64,000 nucleotides of DNA from a virus (taxonomy: Duplodnaviria; Heunggongvirae; Uroviricota; Caudoviricetes), in the IMG/VR virus record IMGVR_UViG_3300020049_013266, positions 10,815 to 74,814 of that record, one strand, 5' to 3'. Numbering within the stretch: position 1 is the first letter of the stretch; each line of letters starts with the position of its first letter. The notes under the pieces were generated by a model that ran no database searches, was not told the DNA's origin, and was given only the letters and a program-made list of their open reading frames with translations. This document shows positions 56,449-64,000 of this stretch, piece after piece. A program made the translations under genes and the position numbers.

Positions 56449-56745
56449 ATGCTAAACAAGAAAACTTTCTGCGAAATAATAGAACTGCTAAGGCAGCAAA
56501 TATTATTTGATAACGAATCCGCTGAAAATATACAGAGAATGTTTGGAGTGGTCCAGAAGTGCCGGTACAAAAACCAATACGCTATAAAGGCCCTGATGAA
56601 ACTACTTAATTTGCACTTCCCAAAAGACGAAGAAGGATTTTGCAGAATTGAACACTATTGTTTTTATTTGGAATTCGGAAAAATGGAAGATGGAATAATT
56701 ACTCCGGAAGAACTGTATGATTCACTAACTAAACCTAAAGTATAA
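56449..56745 (+). CDS. hypothetical protein
   Basis: 98-aa ORF. Confidence 0.4.
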   Translation: MLNKKTFCEIIELLRQQILFDNESAENIQRMFGVVQKCRYKNQYAIKALMKLLNLHFPKDEEGFCRIEHYCFYLEFGKMEDGIITPEELYDSLTKPKV

Positions 56746-56999
56746 TGGAAATCACATTAAATGTTTTTATATTCAGAACAAAGGAGCAACTAGAACAAAC
56801 TGAAATAGGAATAGAAGTTCCTCTTTCTGAATGCGATTTGGAAGAAAGAACCTTTTACAATATCAATTACATTGCGCCTGATTCTAATGGAACCCAATAT
56901 TGTTGTGTAGCGAGTAATGGAGATGAATTCACCGTTAACAAATCGTACCAAGAAGTAAAGGAGCTGATAAATAATGCACGCCTATCGAAATTCAATTAG
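56745..56999 (+). CDS. hypothetical protein
   Basis: 84-aa ORF; its ATG overlaps the upstream stop. Confidence 0.4.
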   Translation: MEITLNVFIFRTKEQLEQTEIGIEVPLSECDLEERTFYNINYIAPDSNGTQYCCVASNGDEFTVNKSYQEVKELINNARLSKFN

Positions 57000-57002
57000 A
57001 TT

Positions 57003-57797
57003 ATGGAAGGAGATAAACCAAAGAAAAGGAGGTTGTCCGGGATGAAAAAAAATCCTTACGCCAAGAAAAAGAAGCAAAAAAGAACCTACAAAGCTAAAGT
57101 TTACAAGGGCAGAATAATAATGGGGGTGAACCAAACCCAAAGAGAAAGACTGAATGAATTCTTGAAGGTTCGGGAAGGCGAAACGTTAGAGCAGTGGAAG
57201 AAACGAACTACAATGAATCGTGTTTCAGATGTTGACGAAGCGGAAGAATTAAGACTCACCAAGAAACTTCTTGTTTATCACCATAAAAAGGATAAGGCAA
57301 AATACGAACAGGACAACAAATATATTCGGGTCCAGAAAATACCAATATATTTTGATTTTATGCGTTATTACGGAGTGGTAGTGAATTATTTCTCAGTTAA
57401 GTATGGCGTTAGAATTGAGGATTACCAGATGGGATTTTATTTCTACTCCAACATACCGTTCACAAGAGAAAGATTTGAAAACGCTGCAGTTCTTCATTTC
57501 GGAACCAAAAGAGGAAAATTGAGTCATTTCATAAGTAACGGCTACCTGGAGGAAATAATCAAAAGAGTAAAAAGGTACAAAGAAGAAGATGAATACGAAA
57601 GAACAAGCCTGTATCGACTAACAAGCACTTTTACTCGAAAACTAACTGAAATATATGGTGTTCTTGGAAAAATGAACACAATCAGGACAGATCAACATCC
57701 ATTTATAAACCTTAGTCCGGAAATCCAACAAATACTAACGGATTTAAATGACGAAATTACAGATATTCAAACCGGCAGAAAGCCACAGTCAAGCTAA
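57003..57797 (+). CDS. hypothetical protein with strongly basic N-terminus
   Basis: 264 aa; KKRR/KKKKQKR-rich first 40 residues. Confidence 0.45.
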   Translation: MEGDKPKKRRLSGMKKNPYAKKKKQKRTYKAKVYKGRIIMGVNQTQRERLNEFLKVREGETLEQWKKRTTMNRVSDVDEAEELRLTKKLLVYHHKKDKAKYEQDNKYIRVQKIPIYFDFMRYYGVVVNYFSVKYGVRIEDYQMGFYFYSNIPFTRERFENAAVLHFGTKRGKLSHFISNGYLEEIIKRVKRYKEEDEYERTSLYRLTSTFTRKLTEIYGVLGKMNTIRTDQHPFINLSPEIQQILTDLNDEITDIQTGRKPQSS

Positions 57798-57811
57798 TAA
57801 ATTAAACAACT

Positions 57812-58087
57812 ATGAGTATAGAGAACAGAAAAGGAATGGTTTCCATAAGTAAAGATGTATTGGTTGATAATCCTAAAATAAGTTACCTAAAAAGTGTATT
57901 CTCTAATTTTTTCCCAGTAGGTTCAGAGTCCGAAATGAATCATCAGTTTTATGAAGGTGTTAGATTCTACGGATACAGCCCTTTTTTTAGAGAACTTGAA
58001 AAGGGAGAAAAAATTCCCCGCTATGAAATGAATTTTAGAATGGACGGAGAGGAAGTCATTTTTACAGGAGTAAAAGAAATATTATAA
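57812..58087 (+). CDS. hypothetical protein
   Basis: 91-aa ORF. Confidence 0.4.
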   Translation: MSIENRKGMVSISKDVLVDNPKISYLKSVFSNFFPVGSESEMNHQFYEGVRFYGYSPFFRELEKGEKIPRYEMNFRMDGEEVIFTGVKEIL

Positions 58088-58095
58088 AAACCCGA

Positions 58096-58821
58096 TTGCA
58101 AGGAAGTGCTACAAAAATTATGAATAAAGAACAATTAATTGCCAAAGGAATTAAGCATAAATTTAACGGAAAAGAAACATTGTTTCAAGTAGAAAGCTTG
58201 AATAAACATTTTGATGGACTGGTGATCCATGAATCTGACATCTTAACAGATGAATTTGAAGACCAATACGATGAATACGTAAAGGCCGGTGATGTGAATT
58301 TTGATTCAGCTACTCCAAATAAAGTGGATCCAGAAGAAGAAAGGGAATTTGAAGAAGAACCTATTTCCATTAAAGCAGAAACTATTCATGGAAATCAAAT
58401 AGTTATAGCTGATTTTAAACCTACAGGGATGACTTTTGAAGAAGCAGAAGAACTTCTTTCTAAAGGAAAATTAGTTTCTTTGCCAGAATGGGAAGGTTTT
58501 TGGTTTAAAAACATCAAGAAAGACGAATTACTTGTGTTTACAAAAGATGGTGAAATTTTAGACACGCCTTTCGATGAATACAAATTAAGAAACGACTGGG
58601 TTAAAGCAGAGCCTACTCCGGAGCAAAAAGAAAAACTTAACCAGTACTTCGAAAATTTAGAAATAAATGGATTAAAGGTAGTTGACCCGGTAATCGAAAG
58701 TAACAAGGTAGAAAATTTGGAGCCAGTTATTCCTCCAGCAGCTGCAAAAGAAGGAGTTTTAAAAACCGAAGATATTGGACTTCCAAAGCCAAAAGAAAAG
58801 AAAGCTGCTAATAAAAAGTAA
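58096..58821 (+). CDS. hypothetical acidic protein
   Basis: 241 aa; the last gene of the plus-strand block before a terminator. Confidence 0.45.
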   Translation: MQGSATKIMNKEQLIAKGIKHKFNGKETLFQVESLNKHFDGLVIHESDILTDEFEDQYDEYVKAGDVNFDSATPNKVDPEEEREFEEEPISIKAETIHGNQIVIADFKPTGMTFEEAEELLSKGKLVSLPEWEGFWFKNIKKDELLVFTKDGEILDTPFDEYKLRNDWVKAEPTPEQKEKLNQYFENLEINGLKVVDPVIESNKVENLEPVIPPAAAKEGVLKTEDIGLPKPKEKKAANKK

Positions 58822-58837
58822 TTTCAATAAATAAAAA

Positions 58838-58880
58838 AAAATCCCGATCTCTGCATTTTATAGCGAGTCGGGATTTTTAC
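58838..58880. terminator. bidirectional terminator (stem AATCCCGA / TCGGGATT, flanked by A-run and T-run)
   Basis: Lies between the convergent 58096..58821 (+) and groES-like (-) genes. Confidence 0.55.
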
Positions 58881-58894
58881 TATTAACAAAAAAC

Positions 58895-59194
58895 CTAAAA
58901 TACTAAAACGATGTCTGGGTAAAAAACCAGTATGTATGGATTTCCATCTTGTGTGAATGGAGTTGTTTTGTATTTGTCAAACACAACTTCTGCTCCCTCG
59001 GTTAATACGTAACTCCCATCATCATATCTTGGGGTTCCTTGCCCAACGGAAACTACACGACCTCTTTTCTGTTTTTCGTTAGCATCAACTATTCCAGTGA
59101 TATCTATTCCTCCTGCAGTTTTGTTTTCATTGAAAATCTCCTCCACAACTACAATCATGTTTAATGCCTGTCCTTTGAATTTATTTGGTGTCAT
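58895..59194 (-). CDS. groES: co-chaperonin GroES (cpn10)-like
   Basis: 99 aa; ...EEIFNENKTAGGIDITG...RGRVVSVGQG...VVFDKY...ILVF... follows the GroES pattern (mobile loop, AGGI, VG.G, roof hairpin). Confidence 0.65.
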   Translation of the reverse strand: MTPNKFKGQALNMIVVVEEIFNENKTAGGIDITGIVDANEKQKRGRVVSVGQGTPRYDDGSYVLTEGAEVVFDKYKTTPFTQDGNPYILVFYPDIVLVF

Positions 59195-60743
59195 GTGCGA
59201 ATCTTTTTAAAGTGATAACGTTATCAGTTCTTAATAAATTATTTGAAGCAGAAGCAGATGTAATTAAAGCTGTCTTAATACCTTTTGCGGTATCGATTAT
59301 TCCTGCTTCAAACATATCTACATTTTCGTATTTCTTTACGTCATATCCAATAGGGTATTTAGGATATTTTTCTCCTGTAGATTTTACGCCAGCATTTTCC
59401 ATTATTTTCATAAACGGAGCTTTTATGGACCAAGCTGTAACATCATCAATAAGAGTATTTTCGTTTTCAAAAATACTTAGTAATGCAATTCCTCCTCCAG
59501 CAACAACTCCACCGTCCTTAGAAGATCTTACAGCGCAAATAGCGTCATCAATACGTGCTACTTTTTCTTCCACTTCACTAGGGGTAATTCCTCCTACGAA
59601 TACAGTAGAAATTCCTCCAGAAATTTTAGAAATTCTTTCACGGATATAATTCTTTTCTGATTCGTTTGTCTGTAGTTTTATTTGAGCGGCCAAGTCTAAA
59701 ATTTTGCCTTCAATTTTTTCTTTGTCAATATTTTTGTCGGCAGTAATTACTGTATCTTTTTTTCCAATTTCAATACGCTCACATGATCCAAGATAAACCG
59801 GCTCCTTTCCATCATAATTTGTTCTTGAAATACCTTCCAAAACTTCACACCCAAGAATTAAAGCCAAATCTTTCATCGTTTCTCTTCCTTTTTTACCTTG
59901 ATAAGGAGGGCGAATAATGCAGAATGGATAATTGTGCTTGATTCTGTTTTCCAAAATCATATTGGAAATATCATGGGTCATATTTGAAATAATAACAAGA
60001 GGTCTTCCCTGACCGGCAGAATAATCCAGAAACGGAATAACTTCATTTGCGGTTTGGAAATTTATTGATGAGCAAAGAACCAATGGATTATCAAAAACAA
60101 CTGACTGAGTTTCGTTTACATTGATGAATCCTTCGTGTAGGTAGCCGGAATCAATCGGATTTCCTTCAATATGCTCCACATACGTTTCATCTGTAAAACT
60201 TCTTTTGTGTGATACAATTCCATGTTCTCCGGCTTTAATGAAGGCTTCTTGTACAATTTTTGCAATTTCTTCATCTCCGTGAGCAGATGTTTTTGCAATG
60301 TCAAACATTAATTCATCTGTAACCGGAATAGCTATGGAGTCAATGTATTCTAAAACTTTTAAAACCGATTCGTCAATTTTGTTTTTTATTTCGATAGAAG
60401 AAGTGCCTTTTTTTAATTCTTCAAGAGAGTTTTTGAAGAAAGCTTGTGTAAGCACGCACACCAAGGTGGTGTTGTCTCCTACGAGTTCAAATTGCTTTTT
60501 CGTGGCCTCTTTCAATATTTCACAGGCTATATGTTCCATGGCATCTTCGAAATAAAGCTGTTCCAAACTATCAAAACCATCTGCGGTTATATTAGGAAGT
60601 CCTCCGGCTGTCTCAAACAAAACATTAGAACCTCGATATCCCATAGTACTTCCAATGATGTCGCAACTCTTGTTAAGACCGCTTAATAATTTCTCCTTTG
60701 CCTCATCTCCAGAGACAACTTCTCTTAAAATAGTATTACTCAT
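59181..60743 (-). CDS. groEL: chaperonin GroEL (cpn60)-like
   Basis: 520 aa. N-terminal region collinear with GroEL (GYRGSNVLFE..GGLPNITADGFDSLEQLYFED..EHIACEILKE, and GDNTTLVCVLTQA corresponding to GDGTTTATVLAQA). Equatorial C-terminal region GIIDTAKGIKTAL matches GILDPTKVTRSAL. No GGM tail. Confidence 0.75.
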   Translation of the reverse strand: MSNTILREVVSGDEAKEKLLSGLNKSCDIIGSTMGYRGSNVLFETAGGLPNITADGFDSLEQLYFEDAMEHIACEILKEATKKQFELVGDNTTLVCVLTQAFFKNSLEELKKGTSSIEIKNKIDESVLKVLEYIDSIAIPVTDELMFDIAKTSAHGDEEIAKIVQEAFIKAGEHGIVSHKRSFTDETYVEHIEGNPIDSGYLHEGFINVNETQSVVFDNPLVLCSSINFQTANEVIPFLDYSAGQGRPLVIISNMTHDISNMILENRIKHNYPFCIIRPPYQGKKGRETMKDLALILGCEVLEGISRTNYDGKEPVYLGSCERIEIGKKDTVITADKNIDKEKIEGKILDLAAQIKLQTNESEKNYIRERISKISGGISTVFVGGITPSEVEEKVARIDDAICAVRSSKDGGVVAGGGIALLSIFENENTLIDDVTAWSIKAPFMKIMENAGVKSTGEKYPKYPIGYDVKKYENVDMFEAGIIDTAKGIKTALITSASASNNLLRTDNVITLKRFAHDTK

Positions 60744-60761
60744 TTTTTTATTTATTTAGAT

Positions 60762-61265
60762 TTATATGTGATCCCATACTTGATTTAATTTTATTCTGCT
60801 AATGTGAGCGCAACTAACATTGAATATTTTAGACAAAGCTACTCCAGTTAATACACTAGTTCTTATTTCTAACACATCTTTTTCTGTAAGTTTTGAGAAC
60901 CCATTTTTTTCGCCTCTCAATGCAGAATTTAATCCGTTTACCCATGCATGATCCACGTTTTCTTTAGTCGTACTCCATTCTAAATTCCAATCATTATTGT
61001 TGGTTTTATCCCCGTCCTTGTGATTTACTTCGGGTTTGTTTTCAGGATTTGGAATAAATGCCATCGCAACTAATCGATGAACTTGGAAATGCTTTCTTTT
61101 TAATCCATATAAAGTCACTCTAAAATATCCTTTGGTTGTTGTTGACAATGTTAGATTTTTAATTTTTTTTACTTTGGTGGATCCGTTGAATTTTAAATTT
61201 CTAACATTTCCAGAATTACTAACCTGATAATTCTCATAATCAATAATGTTTGCCCATTTTTCCAT
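60762..61265 (-). CDS. HNH homing endonuclease (paralog of 4369..5040)
   Basis: VHRLVAMAFIPNPENKPEVNHKDGDKTNN, the classic HNH_3 motif; N-terminal NUMOD4-like YENYQVSNSGNVRN; C-terminal HTH-like region. Confidence 0.75.
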   Translation of the reverse strand: MEKWANIIDYENYQVSNSGNVRNLKFNGSTKVKKIKNLTLSTTTKGYFRVTLYGLKRKHFQVHRLVAMAFIPNPENKPEVNHKDGDKTNNNDWNLEWSTTKENVDHAWVNGLNSALRGEKNGFSKLTEKDVLEIRTSVLTGVALSKIFNVSCAHISRIKLNQVWDHI

Positions 61266-61389
61266 AACAATTTAATAAAAAAGCCCAAAAGAGAGCTATC
61301 ACACTTCCCTTTCGAGCTTAGTTTTTTAGATTTCTCTAAATATCTTAAAGCAAGTGATAGATTGCGATACAAATATACAATTTTAAAAA

Positions 61390-61428
61390 CGACAACAAAC
61401 GTTTGCTGTCATTAAATTAATATCTTTG
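61390..61428 (+). promoter_or_regulatory. conserved promoter element (CGACAACAAACGTTTG plus TAtcTTTG -7 box)
   Basis: Fourth same-orientation copy; 28 nt before the ATG at 61456. Confidence 0.55.
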
Positions 61429-61455
61429 TTTCACATATAAAAACTGCGATATTTT

Positions 61456-63861
61456 ATGACTAAGATAAAAAAATACCCAATAAAAAATCCTGTGTCAAGC
61501 GACAAATTTGTTGGGTCTGACTCTGAAAACAGCGACAAAACTGTAAATTTTAGTTTTGATGGGGTTTTATCGTTGTTGAATTCATTGAATGAATCTGAGG
61601 CAATAAGCTATGTTTTTAGCACAGAATCTTCGGGTGAATTAGACGAAAACGGAATCGGATATTTTATTTCTGAAAACGATATTATTAACCCAGGAGATTT
61701 GACGAAAATAATTGTTAGTAAAAGCATTGTTTCCGGCATAGATTTAAGCGAATTGTTTATGTACATGGGTGTAAATAAAGCTAATTTTGTTCTTAAACTA
61801 AGAAATGTTTCAGATCCAAACAACTTTATTTATTTAAACATAGTTTCTGTGACAGAAGAAGAGTTTTCTTTTTCTTTTTCGGTTTCAGTAAACGGAACAG
61901 GTGGGTTTCTAGGAGAATTAGTAGATACTAAAATGTATTCTTTTTTATTTGAAACCGTATCTTCTACTGATACAGATGTAATTCACAAAACACTAGACGA
62001 AACTAAAATCGGGACTTTAACCGTAAATAAAACACAGACATCAGGAGGTGTGGCTTTGGTTGGTCAATCCACCACTAAAGCTAACGGAGAGCAATTTTAC
62101 GCGCAATCTGGGGAATCTATTTTAGGCGTATCCGCTCCAGTGATAGAAAGTCAAAGCGGTGGAATTGGTACGGATTTCACCCCATCCAATACCGTAGTGG
62201 CTTTAAAGTTTAACACAACTGCTTCGGCTTCATTCATACAGGGGATAAGATTAAGAATAAAAAAGACTGGAGCTTTGACTGATTTAAGTACCGTTGTAGT
62301 ACGAATGTACACAGATAATTTAGGAGTACCAGGAACAGCTTTTGGTGGAGGGGGTACTATATTTGCTAATAATATATCTAGCACTTATACAGACGTTGAC
62401 GCTATAATTCAGAATGTAACAATACCAATATCTACGAGCACTCCTTATTGGGTGGTTATAACAAGAACAGAATCAGGAGGTTCTTTCGTTTTTGATTCAT
62501 CCATAGGTACAGGAACTACGTATCAAGGAGCAACGACCGAAACTGCAAATGTTGATACAGGCAGACAGATATTTAATACAATATACGCTAGAAGTGCTTA
62601 TGGAGGCCATTTTGTAGCTGAACATAGTCACGGAGCATGGGGAACAAGTATAACAGGTGCAGGCATCAGAGGCGATAGTAAGAGTCATTTTGGTGGATTT
62701 TTTAAAAGTCGAGACGATTGGGGATCTCAAAGCGAATCTACTAACAGCGGGGGTTCTATAGGCATTTCGGTAAACGGTGTAGGGTCAGCTGCTAGGACGA
62801 GTAGCACAAATGTTAATACGCCAGCTTTTAGAGCTGAACATACCAGTGGCATAACTGGGTTAGGAAGCATAGTCTCAGGAAGAAGTTATCTACTTGGGAG
62901 AACAGTTATAGGTGCAGGAGTAGACTATAATGCAACTTTGGAAGTAGTTGGTGGCATAAGTAGATTTTCGGGAAAAGTGTTGCTTAACGCTACCGGGGTA
63001 GACGTATCAACGCAAGACAAAGGATTCACACTAGACGTGAATGGCTCTATTTTAAAGCGAGCTTTTGGAGTCACTACACCATACACGTCAGTAGGAAATG
63101 GCGAGTTGTCAATCGGGGGAAGGGCAGGAGGAACAGTCCCAGCTATAACAACGAGAACTAATTCAACTACTCTTACAGGAATGTTAATAACGGCTATTCA
63201 GAATGCTAACACAACCAGAACTGGAGATGCTGATATAATCCTAAAAACAGGATTCGAAAATGGTTCGGATGCGATTCAAACACTTACAACCGCAGGTGCA
63301 GCCTTGCAAGTTTTAAATAATACGACACCATTACTAAATGTTTACAGAAACGGAAATGTGTCTATAGGTAGTCCACCAGACGCAGGGTATAAATTAGATG
63401 TAGACGGGACTGCGATAATTAGAAGTATATTAACGCTTAGCGCAACCCCGACAACAAGCGTTGGAACTTACGAAATAGTAACTAGAAATAGTGCTACGGG
63501 AGTCGTAGAGAAAATTACAAGCTCTACATTGCCTAATTTAGGTGTTAAAACTTACACCGCATTAATAAATCAAACCGGAACAAGTGCGCCAACAGTAACA
63601 GTGTTGGGTAGCAATACTGTTGGAACGATAGTTTGGACAAGAAGTACAAGCGGATTTTACTTTGGAACTTTAAGCGGGGCATTCCCAGCAGGAAAAACTT
63701 TTTTCACTATAACGCCATCGAGTAGTAGCGCAAGTTATGCAATGTTCAGGAATACCGACAATCAGATCGTTATTAGGACACAGGACAACAGCACAGTTCC
63801 TTTTACAGATTCAGACGACAAATTATTTAGTAATTCAATAAGAATAGAAGTTTACCCTTAA
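61456..63861 (+). CDS. putative tail fibre / receptor-binding protein (801 aa)
   Basis: Large G/T/S/N-rich protein with repetitive beta-rich composition, behind a conserved late-type promoter and followed by a holin-like ORF. Confidence 0.5.
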   Translation: MTKIKKYPIKNPVSSDKFVGSDSENSDKTVNFSFDGVLSLLNSLNESEAISYVFSTESSGELDENGIGYFISENDIINPGDLTKIIVSKSIVSGIDLSELFMYMGVNKANFVLKLRNVSDPNNFIYLNIVSVTEEEFSFSFSVSVNGTGGFLGELVDTKMYSFLFETVSSTDTDVIHKTLDETKIGTLTVNKTQTSGGVALVGQSTTKANGEQFYAQSGESILGVSAPVIESQSGGIGTDFTPSNTVVALKFNTTASASFIQGIRLRIKKTGALTDLSTVVVRMYTDNLGVPGTAFGGGGTIFANNISSTYTDVDAIIQNVTIPISTSTPYWVVITRTESGGSFVFDSSIGTGTTYQGATTETANVDTGRQIFNTIYARSAYGGHFVAEHSHGAWGTSITGAGIRGDSKSHFGGFFKSRDDWGSQSESTNSGGSIGISVNGVGSAARTSSTNVNTPAFRAEHTSGITGLGSIVSGRSYLLGRTVIGAGVDYNATLEVVGGISRFSGKVLLNATGVDVSTQDKGFTLDVNGSILKRAFGVTTPYTSVGNGELSIGGRAGGTVPAITTRTNSTTLTGMLITAIQNANTTRTGDADIILKTGFENGSDAIQTLTTAGAALQVLNNTTPLLNVYRNGNVSIGSPPDAGYKLDVDGTAIIRSILTLSATPTTSVGTYEIVTRNSATGVVEKITSSTLPNLGVKTYTALINQTGTSAPTVTVLGSNTVGTIVWTRSTSGFYFGTLSGAFPAGKTFFTITPSSSSASYAMFRNTDNQIVIRTQDNSTVPFTDSDDKLFSNSIRIEVYP

Positions 63862-63880
63862 TTTAAAATAAATATAAAAA

Positions 63881-64000
63881 ATGGAAAAATACTTAATTTA
63901 CTTGTTAGCGGGATTACTAGGAGTAATTGCGCATTGTCTTTTTAAAGCAAAAGATTTAATTACAGATGCAGAAAAATTGAATGTTAAATTCACTTTTAAA
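63881..64000 (+). CDS. start of a small membrane protein (holin-like), 3' partial at window end
   Basis: MEKYLIYLLAGLLGVIAHCLFKAKDLITDAEK...: a transmembrane helix directly at the N-terminus. Confidence 0.3.
   Translation, partial: MEKYLIYLLAGLLGVIAHCLFKAKDLITDAEKLNVKFTFK

Noticed and set aside
24776-62730. Short opposite-strand ORFs inside other confident genes (24776..25000, 26735..26995, 39139..39372, 39529..39792, 53086..53550, 53275..53496, 59185..59649, 60298..60555, 62151..62384 and others)
   Set aside because: These are antisense to larger ORFs with recognisable domains (clamp, MTase-like, GroEL, tail fibre).
61456-63861. Diversity-generating retroelement targeting the tail fibre
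   Set aside because: No reverse-transcriptase-like ORF (no YxDD-containing candidate) and no obvious template and variable repeat pair were seen near the fibre gene.
1-64000. CRISPR array
   Set aside because: No regularly spaced direct repeats of 25-40 bp with unique spacers were seen. The only arrays of repeats are the tRNA genes and the dispersed ACGTTAG elements, which have irregular spacing and genes in between.

Overview
The window is about 64 kb of a low-GC (roughly 30-33%), very gene-dense tailed phage or prophage genome. The host is most likely a Bacteroidetes/Flavobacteriia bacterium, because several plus-strand genes sit behind TAnnTTTG-type -7 promoter boxes combined with a conserved CAAACGTTTG palindrome. 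In order, the window holds: (i) a structural module (portal C-terminal part, acidic scaffold, major capsid protein). This is interrupted by a minus-strand cassette of small genes (HNH homing endonuclease, stand-alone AP2-domain protein) and by a tightly packed minus-strand array of 5 tRNA genes. (ii) More virion genes, including 1452-aa and 1990-aa giant proteins. (iii) A long minus-strand block (24.4-50.6 kb) with replication, recombination and lysogeny genes. (iv) A 1.4-kb noncoding hub (50.56-51.95 kb) with operator-like motifs, a strand-asymmetric A+C tract and a GC-rich structured segment. (v) A plus-strand block containing two more MTase-like paralogs, a second SPFH protein, a tRNA-like gene with an aberrant anticodon loop, and a DUF3127 protein. 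(vi) A minus-strand groEL-groES pair preceded by a second HNH endonuclease. (vii) A tail-fibre-like gene and the start of a holin-like gene. The minus-strand block holds a beta sliding clamp, a DUF4326 protein, a T5orf172/GIY-YIG-like protein and a TRD-less C5-methyltransferase-like protein. It also holds a DnaC-like loader, a DUF1376 replication protein, a YqaJ-like exonuclease with a neighbouring recombinase candidate, an SPFH/band-7 membrane protein, a tyrosine integrase and an XRE repressor. About 30 small ORFs in this block are separated by a family of repeated hairpin elements that share an ACGTTAG core. All functional calls rest on motif-level reading of the translations; no database search or computation could be run.
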